Below are positions 1 to 10,049 of a DNA stretch of 64,000 nt, piece after piece. Source of the stretch: Gammaproteobacteria bacterium (lineage in GTDB: Bacteria > Pseudomonadota > Gammaproteobacteria > Steroidobacterales > Foliamicaceae); the NCBI GenBank assembly GCA_026708965.1, contig JAPOTY010000021.1, forward strand, positions 80,182-144,181. Direction: 5' to 3'. Made by a program: the position numbers and the translations under genes. The notes under the pieces were generated by a model, which was not told the DNA's origin, searched no databases, and saw only the letters and a list, made by a program, of their open reading frames with translations. Numbering within the stretch: the first letter of the stretch is position 1; each line of letters starts with the position of its first letter.

Positions 1-745
1 AATGCGGACCGTCGAACTCATGCGTGCGATGCGCCACCTGCCATTCGGCATCCGGGGCCGGCCGGTAGTAGGACACCTGGTTCAGCAGCTCGCCTTCCTC
101 CAGCGCCCGACCTTGGCTGTTTGGAGAGCCCACGGCAAAGCGCACCTGGCCGTCCCGATCGGTCATCCAGCCCTGGATGTAGCCCGGGTTGGTTTCCACC
201 CGGGTCATCTTGCCGTCGTAGATATTCAGGCGGAACACGTCCGGATGGGTCTTGTTGCGTTCGTTGTTGACCACCAGGATATGGTCGTGGTCGTGGGGCA
301 GCCGGTCGAGCAGCCGGGTGTAGGTGGGATAGAACAAGATGCCCCTGTCGCCCTTGAACAGCTCGCGCTGCTGGGTCCCGTCGCGATTAACGGCGAACAG
401 CGAGTACGATTCATTGCCGCCGGTATCCATGCCGAAAATCAGCCGCTCGTCGTTGGCCCAGAAGAAAAAGGCGATATCCCTCTGGCTTGATTGCCGCCCG
501 CTGCTTTTGAGGTTGGTCAGGCGCGCGGCCTTGCGGTCCTCAAGCCGCATGGAAAAAAGGTTGCGGCTGCCTTCGTATGGCCCGATGGCCCCCAGCCACT
601 CGCCGTTCGGCGAAAGCCGCAGCGCGGCGAAATCCGAATTCTTGAAGAAATCGCTAACCGAATACTGCTTGACCATGTCCGCATGGGTTGGGGGAATAAG
701 CAGCATGGCTGCGAGAGCCAAGCCGCAACGGCTCAGTCGCTTCAT
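1..745 (-). CDS. S9-family serine peptidase (prolyl oligopeptidase / dipeptidyl aminopeptidase type), N-terminal part only; gene continues beyond left edge
   Basis: Not in the ORF track because it runs off the window. My own reverse translation from ATG at 745 (ggagg SD upstream) reads MKRLSRCGLALAAMLLIPPTHA...LSPNGEWL...FFWANDERLIF...AVNRDGT... with no stop down to position 1. It shows a signal peptide plus a beta-propeller-like N-terminal region typical of S9 peptidases. The plus-strand ORFs listed here are antisense artefacts. Confidence 0.55.
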   Translation of the reverse strand, partial: MKRLSRCGLALAAMLLIPPTHADMVKQYSVSDFFKNSDFAALRLSPNGEWLGAIGPYEGSRNLFSMRLEDRKAARLTNLKSSGRQSSQRDIAFFFWANDERLIFGMDTGGNESYSLFAVNRDGTQQRELFKGDRGILFYPTYTRLLDRLPHDHDHILVVNNERNKTHPDVFRLNIYDGKMTRVETNPGYIQGWMTDRDGQVRFAVGSPNSQGRALEEGELLNQVSYYRPAPDAEWQVAHRTHEFDGPH

Positions 746-913
746 AAACACCTCCGGCTTGTTGGTATTGGCGGCTCGTTCCGCCGCTCCTCGTTTTGTT
801 CCGATTCTAACGGAAGTGAAGGGCAAAACAGCGGCGCTATCCAGCCTCGCTATTTTGACCGTTGCAAGAGCGCGCCGACGCTGCGCTGAGATCGGCGAGA
901 TGCCCGCCCTTTG

Positions 914-1231
914 CTAGGGGCTAAATTTCAGAGCGGCTGATTGCTCGGGCGAAATGCACTCGAAATTCTTGAAGTGCCAACCCTTTTCCTCGGTCCAAAC
1001 GGGAAGCACGGGATCCGCTCGCCAATTGATGTAGGTCATCTTCTCGTCCGGAGTACCGCCGCATTCCTCGTACACTTCCAGCATGGCCTTATAAAGCGGG
1101 GACTCGCGGCTGATTCCCTGCACATGCACTCCACCGTCTTCGGTTAGCACCAGCCTTGTGCCCGACACACACCCCGCCAAGGAAAGAGCCGCCGCCAGAC
1201 CCGCAATAGCCAAATGGGGAAGATTAGGCAT
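914..1231 (-). CDS. small lipoprotein, unknown function
   Basis: 105-aa ORF. The N-terminus MPNLPHLAIAGLAAALSLAGC is a signal peptide ending in lipobox L-A-G-C. No family recognised. Confidence 0.6.
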   Translation of the reverse strand: MPNLPHLAIAGLAAALSLAGCVSGTRLVLTEDGGVHVQGISRESPLYKAMLEVYEECGGTPDEKMTYINWRADPVLPVWTEEKGWHFKNFECISPEQSAALKFSP

Positions 1232-1248
1232 ATCAGTGCAGTGCCGGA

Positions 1249-4002
1249 TCAGAAGAAGTGCCTGTAGCTCACGTACGGAACGCGACCGTCCAAGCTGTAG
1301 AGGTCATAAACAGCAGCTCTCGGAGAGGCGAAGCTGTCCAGCTCGGGATCCTCGTCGGTCACGTTCAGCACGCCTAAGGAGATCTCGCCGTCCCACGGAG
1401 TCCTCCAAAGGTAGGTCAGGTCGTATTCCGTATGCGACGGGGCCTCAAAGAATCTTTCCCCTTCGGCATTGGAGCGAACATAGCCCGCGATATGGCGCGC
1501 ATACACCGAAACCGTGTGGTCGGTGTATCTCCAGCGCGCCAGCCCGGTGGCCTGGTACTTGGGCCTTGCGCTGCCGCCCACGCCCTCGCCGAGGGAGGAA
1601 CTCCAGTCCGTGGCCGTGCGCGACAGGCTTCGGTAACGGAGCAGCCGGACGCCAAAAATACTGAACGTGAAATCGCCCGCCGTCGCTGTTTCCAGTTCGT
1701 ATTCCAAATCCACATCCACCCCGCTGATTTCCTGCCGGAAAGTATTGCCCCAGCCAGCTTCGGCTTCGTACAGCGCCCCCGTGGCCGGATCGCGCTTCAG
1801 CAGATTGCCCGGCGAGCATTCGATGATTTCCGCAGGCAGGCCGGTATCGATCGTGTTCTCCACGCGACCGGTGTTCAGGCACTGGCCTTCCAATTCGGAC
1901 TCGATCAGTCCCTGCAATGTGGCCAGGCCGATGCCGTCTTTCAGATCAATGCTCCAGTAATCCACTCGCACGGAAACGGGCTCCCAATCGACCACGAAGC
2001 CTAGGTTGTAGCTGTCGGACAACTCGGGCGCCAGAAGCGGATTGCCGCCGGTGAACGTGGGGTACTGCTCCTCCACGCAGTCGTCGGGGGCAATGCCGAC
2101 GGCCGCGCAGGCCACCAGGTCGGTTCCGCCCTCGGCGCTGAACGACCGCGCGCCATACAGATTATTCAGATTCCCGGCTCTAAAGCCTTCGCCCCATGAG
2201 GCGCGAAGCAGCAGCCAGTCGGTGGGCTGGTAGCGGGCCGAGAAATACAGGCTGCTCTCATCGCCAGCGGAATCGTCGTAGGAGTCCCACCGGGCCGCCG
2301 CGCTCACCTCCAAGTCGCTGAGGACCGGAACCAGCACTTCGGCGAATCCCGCCTTGATGCTCCGCTCGCCCTCTCCGCTATTGCCGGCGCTGCCGATCAG
2401 GTCGCCGCCGGCGCTCAAGGGATCGTAGATATCGTAGAACTCCTCGTCCGAGTACTCGAACCCCGCCGCCCATCCGACCGGTCCGGCGGGAGCATCGAAC
2501 ATTTCAAAGCTCACCGTGCCGCTATAGGTTCGGGCATCGGCGCGGCTGTCGCGGTTTCCGTTGGCCGTGATGGCATCGTAAGCATCCGCATTCCCCGGGT
2601 TTAGCGGATCAAACGGATTGTAAAGGCCCATGGATACGTATTGCGAGGCGGTAAATGACTTGGCGTAGCAGCAACTATCCTCCTTGAAGTCATAGCGGAC
2701 ATGCTGGGCCACCAGCTCGTAATCGAACATCCCCACCGTGCCGTAGGCCAGCAGGCTGTTGGTGAAGAACGACTCGGTGGCTTGGAAGTCCCGGTTGCCC
2801 AGGCCAACGAACCGGTGGCCTAGGAGGTAGGGCAGTTCATCGGCATAGGGGATGTCGTAATTGAATCCCTGCTTGAGCCCTTCGGCTGCCGCCGCCGGGA
2901 TCTGGAAAAAACCCAACGCCGGCGCGTAGCGGCCGTGGCTGTCGGCGCTGCTATAGATCGACTGGAAGCGGAGAGCGTGGTCCGGGCTCAGTTCATAGTC
3001 CGCGTGGAGGAACGTGCTGGCGCGTTTCAAGTCGGAGGTCTCCCAAGCCAAGGCGGCGTAATCGAAACCGCAGCGCTCCTGCCCGTTGCGGGCGATGTAA
3101 GGGCCGGCCAGCAGGCGCTCGCCGGTATCGGGATCAACCACGTCGGCGCAGTTCGAGGGCGCCTTGTAGAGCGGGAAAATAGTGTTTCCCCAAGAGCTGA
3201 TATTGTCGGTGTTCTCCCACGCGTACCAAGTGGCCGCAAAAGGGGCATCCGGGTAATCGGCCGGCCCGGCGTCGTAGCCTAGATCGCCCTGCGAATAGAA
3301 CCGGTCCGACGAGGCGATATGCGTCTTGTTGCGGAAGTCCGCCGAAAACAGGAACCTGCCGCGACTGGTGCTGCCGCCAATGGTCAGGCCCCCGGAGTCG
3401 GCATCCGCGCCCTCGCGGGTGGGTCGCTGAAGCGACGCGAAGGCTTCCATGCCGTCGTAATCCTTGCGCAGGATGATGTTGATCACGCCGGCAATGGCAT
3501 CGGAGCCGTAAATGGCGGAGGCGCTGTCGGTCAGAATTTCGATTCGATCAACCGCGGCCAGCGGAAGGATATTGAGGTTAATGGCCTGGTTGGCTGTCAC
3601 CGGCGAACGCGGCAAGCGACGACCGTCGAGCAGCACTAGGCTGCGGGTCGAGCCGATGCCGTGCAAGTCGATGGTCGCTTGCCCCACAAAGGAGTTGCCC
3701 GAAACCTCGCGCGAGGAACCGAAGGTGTTGACAGGGCTGTTGCGCAGCACATCCGCCACCGAGTCCTGCCCGCTTAGCTCGATTTCCTCGCGGGTGATGA
3801 CCACCACAGGGCGCGCTTCCTCCACGTCGATGCGCTTGATGCGCGATCCGGTAACGACCTGTTGGCCAAGTTCCACGGCATCCTCTTCGTCGCCCCCCCC
3901 CTCTTGCGCCATACCCATGGGCGCAACGGCCAGTGCCGAAAGCGCACCGGTATAGAGGACCGAACGCACTGCCCAGTCAAGGGCATTATTCTCACGATTC
4001 AT
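1249..4002 (-). CDS. TonB-dependent outer-membrane receptor
   Basis: 934-aa ORF. Plug-domain-like N-terminus (VVTGSRIKR, DSVADVLRNSPV), a long beta-barrel region, and C-terminal aromatic ...SYRHFF. Start moved to Met18 (ATG at 4002), which has a gggga SD and yields signal peptide ...ALAVAPMGMA. Confidence 0.9.
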   Translation of the reverse strand: MNRENNALDWAVRSVLYTGALSALAVAPMGMAQEGGGDEEDAVELGQQVVTGSRIKRIDVEEARPVVVITREEIELSGQDSVADVLRNSPVNTFGSSREVSGNSFVGQATIDLHGIGSTRSLVLLDGRRLPRSPVTANQAINLNILPLAAVDRIEILTDSASAIYGSDAIAGVINIILRKDYDGMEAFASLQRPTREGADADSGGLTIGGSTSRGRFLFSADFRNKTHIASSDRFYSQGDLGYDAGPADYPDAPFAATWYAWENTDNISSWGNTIFPLYKAPSNCADVVDPDTGERLLAGPYIARNGQERCGFDYAALAWETSDLKRASTFLHADYELSPDHALRFQSIYSSADSHGRYAPALGFFQIPAAAAEGLKQGFNYDIPYADELPYLLGHRFVGLGNRDFQATESFFTNSLLAYGTVGMFDYELVAQHVRYDFKEDSCCYAKSFTASQYVSMGLYNPFDPLNPGNADAYDAITANGNRDSRADARTYSGTVSFEMFDAPAGPVGWAAGFEYSDEEFYDIYDPLSAGGDLIGSAGNSGEGERSIKAGFAEVLVPVLSDLEVSAAARWDSYDDSAGDESSLYFSARYQPTDWLLLRASWGEGFRAGNLNNLYGARSFSAEGGTDLVACAAVGIAPDDCVEEQYPTFTGGNPLLAPELSDSYNLGFVVDWEPVSVRVDYWSIDLKDGIGLATLQGLIESELEGQCLNTGRVENTIDTGLPAEIIECSPGNLLKRDPATGALYEAEAGWGNTFRQEISGVDVDLEYELETATAGDFTFSIFGVRLLRYRSLSRTATDWSSSLGEGVGGSARPKYQATGLARWRYTDHTVSVYARHIAGYVRSNAEGERFFEAPSHTEYDLTYLWRTPWDGEISLGVLNVTDEDPELDSFASPRAAVYDLYSLDGRVPYVSYRHFF

Positions 4003-4172
4003 CTGCTCCCCCAATATATTTTGGTATTGTGATGGCAGGCTGCCAAATCCCAAGCATTGCCAACCCGAAACGGGTCTTTATGAGGGTAATAGGCAAGCGC
4101 AGCGGACGGAAGATTCTACCAGATGTTCCGCAGCCCGTGCGCGCCTGAGTTATAATAGAGCAGGTCGTCTGC

Positions 4173-4664
4173 CTAATCTGACGCGGTTAGTCCGAATTTC
4201 TCCAGAAGCGCATCGCGCAACTCAACCATCAAGACATTCTTGACTTGGCTAACATCAAGTCCGTGCTGATAGGCTGATTCCTTCCATAGACTCAGATCGT
4301 CTGCCGTTGGTTTATGGCGGTTGAATACATAATTGAAAGAAAAGTCTTGGATATCAAAAGGCTTTTTACCCTCCGCTTCGCCCGCTAATACATCGGCATG
4401 TTTCTTTGCCCATTCTTTGGCCGAAATTTCACGGGAAACTTCACGACCGAGATCGGTCAGTTGGGTGGGACTTCCAGCACCGACCGTACCGCCAGCAATC
4501 AAGCGGAAGATGGAATCCAGCTTCCCACGAACTTCCGTTATGAATTCCTTGAAAGTTTCGCGGTCAGCATTGACCCTGCCAACCCAAATGAAAATAGTCC
4601 CGAGCGCCGAAATCGCAGCGATGAAGGCGACGATGATAAGCGGACTGTCCAGCCATTCCTGCAT
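4173..4664 (-). CDS. hypothetical membrane-anchored protein
   Basis: 163-aa ORF. One N-terminal TM helix (PLIIVAFIAAISALGTIFIWV) followed by a charged soluble domain. GC visibly lower than flanks. No family recognised. Confidence 0.6.
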   Translation of the reverse strand: MQEWLDSPLIIVAFIAAISALGTIFIWVGRVNADRETFKEFITEVRGKLDSIFRLIAGGTVGAGSPTQLTDLGREVSREISAKEWAKKHADVLAGEAEGKKPFDIQDFSFNYVFNRHKPTADDLSLWKESAYQHGLDVSQVKNVLMVELRDALLEKFGLTASD

Positions 4665-4758
4665 GTCAGTTCCCTTCTTACACTAACAATCCAAATGACC
4701 AAAGGGCCGGGTAGTTTCCTGCGCCCGTCTGGTTCCACAGCATAACAGACCATGCCAC

Positions 4759-4884
4759 CTATCGCACCAAGCGGTAGATCCCCGCCCGGTCCGAGATGGC
4801 AAAATCCACCGCCTCGCTGCCTTCCACAAAAGCCCGAACCTCTTCCAGGCTCCGAACCCGTTCGGTCTGTAACGTCACAATCAT
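4759..4884 (-). pseudogene. 41-codon relic resembling the N-terminus of a DDE integrase/transposase
   Basis: Own translation: ggagg SD then ATG at 4884, giving MIVTLQTERVRSLEEVRAFVEGSEAVDFAISDRAGIYRLVR-stop. The pattern sLEEVRAFveGs..VdF recalls the extreme N-terminus of a family of large DDE-type integrase-core transposases. The rest of the gene is absent. Confidence 0.35.
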
Positions 4885-5011
4885 CCTCCGATGATCCCAA
4901 CGCACGCCTACAGGCTCATCTCTCGTTGGATTTACACCTCCCGTTCAGGCTCATGCCTCATTGGACAAGGCTGCACACACACTGTGCGGCAAAGTTGCGT
5001 TATACTTTGCG

Positions 5012-5047
5012 AGCCGCCAGCACCCCCGCGCTGGCGGCTTTTTATTT
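5012..5047 (+). terminator. Rho-independent terminator-like hairpin (10-bp GC stem, 8-nt loop, TTTTTATTT tail)
   Basis: agccgccagc-acccccgc-gctggcggct followed by ttttatttc. The U-tract lies only on the plus strand, yet no plus-strand gene is evident upstream. Confidence 0.45.
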
Positions 5048-5096
5048 CTGCGCCAACGCCCTTTGCGGGAACACCGATCAAGAGGCGCCGGAATGG

Positions 5097-5558
5097 TCAG
5101 TCGGTAACGGCGCGCACGTTGATTTCCACCAGCAGGCCCGGGTAGGCGAGCGCCGACACGCCAATCACCATCGAGGCGGGCTTGTGCCCGGCGGGGAAGA
5201 AGTTGCGCACGTCCTCATAGGCCGGAGCGGGATCGATATTTTCCAGGTCCACGATATAAATCTGGATTTCGACAATATCCTCGCGGCGGGCATCGGCTGC
5301 CTTGAGCGCGCGGTCGATATTGGCCCAGGCAAGGCGTGACTGTTCGGCTAGGCTTTCGGGGAAACTGCTATCCGGGCGGATGCCGGCCTTTCCGCCCAGG
5401 TAGATGAATCGCCCCGGGTTCTTTGCGATCACCACCTGGGAGTAGCCGTCGGGCTGCGAGAGCCCCTCGGGGTTGAAGCGTTCGATTTCGGTGGCGTTCG
5501 CTGCCGGGAGGGCGAACACCAGCCCGGCTAGGGGCAGGGCTTTGCTGTTGAAGGGCAT
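5097..5558 (-). CDS. RidA/YjgF/TdcF-family protein with predicted signal peptide
   Basis: ORF 5097..5708. Start moved to Met51 (ATG 5558, aggag SD), giving MPFNSKALPLAGLVFALPAANA. The body (YSQVV..G.FIYLGG...IVEIQIYIVD...PASMVIGVSALA.PGLLVEI) is typical of the RidA fold. Confidence 0.8.
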   Translation of the reverse strand: MPFNSKALPLAGLVFALPAANATEIERFNPEGLSQPDGYSQVVIAKNPGRFIYLGGKAGIRPDSSFPESLAEQSRLAWANIDRALKAADARREDIVEIQIYIVDLENIDPAPAYEDVRNFFPAGHKPASMVIGVSALAYPGLLVEINVRAVTD

Positions 5559-5701
5559 GGCCTGTTCTCCTTTCTGTTTGTGGCGCAGCGCACCCAGTGT
5601 CCGCGCAGGGCTATTTTCAACGATCGGCGCCCTATCCTTTAGGCGACCCCTGCGGCCGCCCCGCAGGAATATAATTTTGCGATTCTCCAACGTTCCCTCG
5701 C

Positions 5702-6526
5702 ATGACACTCGCTTTTACAAAAATGCAGGCCGCCGGCAACGACTTCATGGTTGTGGTTGGCCGCTCGCTGCCGGCGCCGGAACGAGGGCGGGTTCGCGCC
5801 TGGGCCGACCGGCGCCGGGGCGTGGGCTTCGACCAGTTGCTTTGGGTGGAGGAGCCTGAGGGCGGCAGCGGCATGGTCCGCTACCGTGTTTTCAACGCCG
5901 ATGGGGGCGAAGCGGAACAATGCGGAAACGGCGCCCTGTGCATCGCGGCCCTAGTGGCGAAACGTCGGCCTAATGGCGGGAGCATTGTTCTCGAGTCCCC
6001 CGGCGGCCAGGTGGAAGCGCGGGTGATGGCGGGCAACGCCGTGCGCTGTTCGCTGGGGCGGCCGCAATGGCATCCGGAAAAAGTGCCCTTCCTGGCGAAT
6101 GGCCAGCCGCCGCCCTATCGGCTAAGGGCGGCAGGCGGGAGCTGGGAGTTCGATGCGCTTTCGCTGGGCAATCCCCATGCCGTGCTCAACGTGCCCGATG
6201 CGGCGGCGGCGGATGTGGCCGGGGTGGGCGCGGCCCTATCCGCGCACCAGCGCTTTCCGCAGGGCTGCAATGTGGGCTTCGCCGAGGCGCTGGACGGGCA
6301 AAGCCTTAAGCTCAGGGTCTATGAGCGCGGCGCGGGCGAAACGCCGGCCTGCGGCACCGGGGCCTGCGCCGCGGCGGTGGCCGGAATACGCCAAGGCCGG
6401 GTTCGCTCGCCCGTGCAGGTGCATATGGCGGGCGGGCGGCTGAGCGTGGAATGGCTTGGAGGCGAGGCGGCGGTATGGCTTGGCGGGCATATCGACAGCG
6501 TGTTTGAAGGCAGCGTGCGCTTGTGA
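5702..6526 (+). CDS. dapF: diaminopimelate epimerase
   Basis: 274 aa. FTKMQAAGNDFMVV at the N-terminus, a first Cys region (EQCGNGALC), and a second catalytic Cys region GETPACGTGACAA. dapF-DUF484-xerC synteny. Confidence 0.92.
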   Translation: MTLAFTKMQAAGNDFMVVVGRSLPAPERGRVRAWADRRRGVGFDQLLWVEEPEGGSGMVRYRVFNADGGEAEQCGNGALCIAALVAKRRPNGGSIVLESPGGQVEARVMAGNAVRCSLGRPQWHPEKVPFLANGQPPPYRLRAAGGSWEFDALSLGNPHAVLNVPDAAAADVAGVGAALSAHQRFPQGCNVGFAEALDGQSLKLRVYERGAGETPACGTGACAAAVAGIRQGRVRSPVQVHMAGGRLSVEWLGGEAAVWLGGHIDSVFEGSVRL

Positions 6527-7230
6527 GCAAGCTTGGCAACGCTTCAACGCCGGGGCTTAGGCCGGACGAGGTGGCGGCGTACCTGCGCGAGAACCCGGAT
6601 TTCTTCGATCTTCACGCGGACCTGCTGCTGGAGTTGCGGGTTCCGCATGGCGAGGGCGAGGGCGCTGTATCGCTGGTGGAGCGACAGCTTGAACTGCTCC
6701 GGCGCCGCAATGAGGAGCTGCGCCGGACGCTGGAGGAATACATCGAAAACGCCCGCTCCAGCGATATGCTGGCGAGCCAGCTCAACCAGCTGGTCACGAA
6801 GCTCTTGTCCTGCTCCGGCCCGGACGAAAGGCTGCGTTCGCTGCCGGGGCAACTCAAGGAGATTTTTTCACTGGATTTTGTGCATCTGCTTTTGTTCGAC
6901 GCGTCGCCGGAAAGATGCGCGGGCATAGCGGACCTGTCCGCCACGCCGAGGCAGGACGTGATGGCGGAGGGCTTGAGCGGAGTGCTCAAGGCCAATGCGC
7001 CGAGATGCGGGCAGTACAGCGATCAGCAGCGCCGGTTCCTGTTTGGCGATGCGGCCCCGCAAGTGGGGTCGGTGGCCTTGGCGCCTTTGGGCGGGCGCGG
7101 CAAGCTGGGGCTGCTGGCGCTCGGCAGCCGCGACCCCAATCACTACCACCGCGCCAAGAGCACCGAGTTCCTCGGCCGCGTGAGCGCCGTGGTTTCGGTG
7201 GCCATTTCGCCGAATTCCGGGCCTTTCTGA
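6523..7230 (+). CDS. DUF484-family protein (YigA-like)
   Basis: 235 aa. GTG start overlaps the dapF stop (GTGA). Sits between dapF and xerC as yigA does in enterobacteria. Coiled-coil N-terminal half. Confidence 0.7.
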   Translation: MSKLGNASTPGLRPDEVAAYLRENPDFFDLHADLLLELRVPHGEGEGAVSLVERQLELLRRRNEELRRTLEEYIENARSSDMLASQLNQLVTKLLSCSGPDERLRSLPGQLKEIFSLDFVHLLLFDASPERCAGIADLSATPRQDVMAEGLSGVLKANAPRCGQYSDQQRRFLFGDAAPQVGSVALAPLGGRGKLGLLALGSRDPNHYHRAKSTEFLGRVSAVVSVAISPNSGPF

Positions 7231-8138
7231 TGCAGGCCGAATCCGAACGGCAGGTGAGCGCGTTTTTGCATCATATCCGCGTTGAGCGAGGGCTTTCCCG
7301 CCACACGGTGGCCGCCTACCGCCGCGATCTGAGCGCGCTTAAGGACTATTGCGCCGAGCGCGAGTTGTCCTCGTGGACGGCGCTGGCCGCCAGCGACCTG
7401 CGGCGCTTCGCGGTGGGAGCGCATCGCAGCGGTTTGGCGCCTCGCACCGTGCAACGGCGCCTTGCCGGCGCCCGCAGTTTTTTTGATTTTCTCGAACGGG
7501 AAGGCCAGTTGGCCGCCAATCCGGCGCGCGGAGTCCGGGCGCCGCGCCCGCCGCGCGACCTGCCGCGCACGCTGGACCTCGATCAGGTTTCGCGCCTGCT
7601 GGATATTCCCGATGGCGATGCCGCCGCCTGCCGCGACCGCGCCATTCTGGAGCTGATGTATTCCTCGGGCCTGCGCCTGGCGGAACTGACCGATCTGGAT
7701 GTGGGCGGGATCGATTTGCGCCAGGGATTGATGCGGGTGACCGGCAAGGGGCGGAAAACGCGCATCCTTCCGGTGGGAGCCAAGGCCGTGGAGGCCTTGC
7801 GCCGCTGGCTTCGCAGGCGCGCCGAACTCGCTTCCCCGGAATCGGCGGCGCTCTTCGTTGGAACCCGGGGGCGCAGGATCGCCGCCAGCACCGTGCAGGC
7901 GAGAACCGCCTACTGGGCGCGCCGCGCCGGGCTTCCGGGGCATGTGCATCCGCATATGCTGCGGCACAGCTTTGCCACGCATATGCTGGAGTCCTCCGGC
8001 GATTTGCGCGCCGTGCAGGAATTGCTGGGCCATGCCGACATATCCACCACCCAGGTTTACACCCACTTGAACTTTCAGCACTTGGCGAGGGTGTACGATC
8101 GCGCCCACCCCCGCGCCCGCCGCAAACAGGATCATTGA
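7230..8138 (+). CDS. xerC: tyrosine recombinase XerC
   Basis: ORF 6915..8138 trimmed to ATG 7230 (TGATG overlap with the upstream stop), 302 aa. Motifs [49 protein letters not shown]. Confidence 0.9.
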   Translation: MQAESERQVSAFLHHIRVERGLSRHTVAAYRRDLSALKDYCAERELSSWTALAASDLRRFAVGAHRSGLAPRTVQRRLAGARSFFDFLEREGQLAANPARGVRAPRPPRDLPRTLDLDQVSRLLDIPDGDAAACRDRAILELMYSSGLRLAELTDLDVGGIDLRQGLMRVTGKGRKTRILPVGAKAVEALRRWLRRRAELASPESAALFVGTRGRRIAASTVQARTAYWARRAGLPGHVHPHMLRHSFATHMLESSGDLRAVQELLGHADISTTQVYTHLNFQHLARVYDRAHPRARRKQDH

Positions 8139-8716
8139 ACGCCGTGACCCCGCAACAAAGCGCTCCTTCCGCCCCTCCCAGGGTCCGTTCCACCACCATT
8201 CTTTGCGTGCGCATCGGAAACGCGGTGGCCATCGGCGGCGACGGGCAGGTGAGCCTGGGCGACACGGTGCTGAAGGGCAATGCGCGCAAAATCCGGCGGC
8301 TGGCGGGCGGCAAGGTGCTGGCCGGTTTCGCGGGCGGCACGGCCGATGCCTTTACGCTGTTCGAGCTGTTCGAGAACAAGCTCGACCAGTACGGCAACCT
8401 GACCCGCGCCGCAGTGGAGCTGGCGAAGGATTGGCGCAGCGACCGGCGCCTGCGCCGCCTTGAGGCCATGCTTGGCGTGGCCGACAAGGCCAAGACGCTG
8501 CTGGTGTCGGGTTCCGGCGATGTGGTGGAGCCGGAAGACGGCGTGCTGGCGCTGGGCTCAGGCGGCGGCTACGCCCGCGCCGCCGCTCGGGCGCTGCTGG
8601 CGGAGAGCAAGCTGGGCGCGGCGGACGTGGTGCGCCGGTCGCTGGAGATCGCAGCGGAAATCTGCGTGTACACCAATGCCGAAATCGTGATTGACTCGCT
8701 GGAGAGCGGCAGCTAA
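8135..8716 (+). CDS. hslV: ATP-dependent protease subunit HslV
   Basis: [30 protein letters not shown]...GSGG. The catalytic Thr is preceded by about 19 codons from the TTG at 8135, so the true start or propeptide is uncertain. Confidence 0.88.
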   Translation: MNAVTPQQSAPSAPPRVRSTTILCVRIGNAVAIGGDGQVSLGDTVLKGNARKIRRLAGGKVLAGFAGGTADAFTLFELFENKLDQYGNLTRAAVELAKDWRSDRRLRRLEAMLGVADKAKTLLVSGSGDVVEPEDGVLALGSGGGYARAAARALLAESKLGAADVVRRSLEIAAEICVYTNAEIVIDSLESGS

Positions 8717-8719
8717 GCC

Positions 8720-10045
8720 ATGACGCAGATGACACCCCGGGAAATCGTCGAGGAGCTCGACAAACACGTGATCGGCCAGAACGCCGCCAAGCGCGCGGTG
8801 GCCATTGCCCTGCGCAACCGCTGGCGGCGGATGCAACTCGACGAGGATCTGCGCCTCGAAATCACCCCCAAGAATATCCTGATGATGGGCCCCACCGGGG
8901 TGGGCAAGACGGAAATCGCCCGGCGGCTGGCAAGGCTGGCGAATGCTCCCTTCATCAAGGTGGAGGCCACCAAGTTCACCGAGGTGGGCTACGTGGGCCG
9001 CGAGGTGGACAGCATCGTGCGCGATCTCACCGACACGGCGGTCAAGATGGTGCGGGAAGCGGAAATGGACCGCGTGAGGCACCGCGCCAGGGAGAGCGCC
9101 GAGCGCAAGGTGATGGAGGCGCTCACCCGCCGCGCGGCGGCGGCGGGTCCGGGCGCGGGTCCGCCTTGGAACATGGACCAGCGCGCCATGAAGGCGGCGC
9201 TGCGGCGCGGCGACCTCGATGGCGAGGAGCTGGAAATGGAGTTGCAGGTGGCGCCGGTGGGGGTTGAGATCATGGCGCCGCCCGGCATGGAGGAAATGAC
9301 CAGCCAGTTGCAGAGCATGTTTCAGTCGCTGGGCAACCAGCGCACCCGAGCGCGCAAACTCAAGGTGAAGGACGCGATGCGGATTCTCACCGAGGAGGCG
9401 GGCGCCTCCATGCTGGACCAGGAGGAACTGAAATCGCAGGCGCTGGAGGCGGTGGAGCAGAACGGCATCGTGTTCATCGACGAAATCGACAAGGTGTGCC
9501 GGCGCGCCGAGGCGATGGGCGCGGACGTGTCGCGCGAGGGCGTTCAGCGCGACCTTCTGCCGCTGGTGGAAGGGTGCGCCGTCACCACTAAGCACGGCGT
9601 GGTGCGAACCGACCATATCCTGTTTATCGCATCCGGCGCCTTCCAGTCGGTCAAGCCCTCGGACCTGATCCCGGAGCTGCAGGGCCGCTTCCCCATCCGG
9701 GTGGAGCTGGGCGCGCTGGGCATCGGGGAGTTCGAGCGCATCCTCACCGAGCCGGACGCGTCGCTCACGGAGCAGTACGCGGCGCTGCTGGGCACCGAGA
9801 GCGTGGCGTTGCAGTTCCAGGCCGATGCGGTGCGCCGCATTGCCGAGATCGCCTGCTCGGTCAACGAAACCACCGAAAATATCGGCGCGCGCCGATTGCA
9901 GACCGTGCTGGAGCGCCTGTTGGAGTCGATTTCGTTCGACGCGGCCGACCGGGGCGGCCAGGACCTCAAAGTGGATGCGGCGTATGTTGAGGAGCATCTG
10001 GGGGCGTTGGCGGAGGACGAGGATTTTCGCCGCTACATCCTTTAG
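8720..10045 (+). CDS. hslU: ATP-dependent protease ATPase subunit HslU
   Basis: 441 aa. [31 protein letters not shown], Walker A GPTGVGKT, Walker [10 protein letters not shown]. Confidence 0.95.
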   Translation: MTQMTPREIVEELDKHVIGQNAAKRAVAIALRNRWRRMQLDEDLRLEITPKNILMMGPTGVGKTEIARRLARLANAPFIKVEATKFTEVGYVGREVDSIVRDLTDTAVKMVREAEMDRVRHRARESAERKVMEALTRRAAAAGPGAGPPWNMDQRAMKAALRRGDLDGEELEMELQVAPVGVEIMAPPGMEEMTSQLQSMFQSLGNQRTRARKLKVKDAMRILTEEAGASMLDQEELKSQALEAVEQNGIVFIDEIDKVCRRAEAMGADVSREGVQRDLLPLVEGCAVTTKHGVVRTDHILFIASGAFQSVKPSDLIPELQGRFPIRVELGALGIGEFERILTEPDASLTEQYAALLGTESVALQFQADAVRRIAEIACSVNETTENIGARRLQTVLERLLESISFDAADRGGQDLKVDAAYVEEHLGALAEDEDFRRYIL

Positions 10046-10049
10046 CGGC

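Noticed and set aside
4003-4172. Possible riboswitch (for example cobalamin) in the 170-nt leader of the TonB-dependent receptor
   Set aside because: I found no B12-box-like GCCACTG or other riboswitch core consensus. There are only short generic hairpins and an ATTATAAC -10-like box.
6915-7229. 5' extensions of many track ORFs: xerC from 6915, ubiE from 9825, ubiJ from 10759, trpF to 29052, the crotonase to 56309, the oxoprolinase to 41483, and radC to 52822
   Set aside because: The extensions overlap the preceding gene in another frame, lack family similarity and are Arg/Pro/Gly-rich. Internal Met, GTG or TTG starts coincide with stop-start overlaps or SD sequences and give family-typical lengths.
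8135-8194. About 19-codon N-terminal extension before the catalytic Thr of HslV, as a possible novelty
   Set aside because: I recall that HslV/CodW homologues in some lineages, including Xanthomonas-like gammaproteobacteria and Bacillus CodW, also carry short N-terminal extensions. The more likely explanation is lineage-typical sequence or an uncertain start codon, not a new feature.
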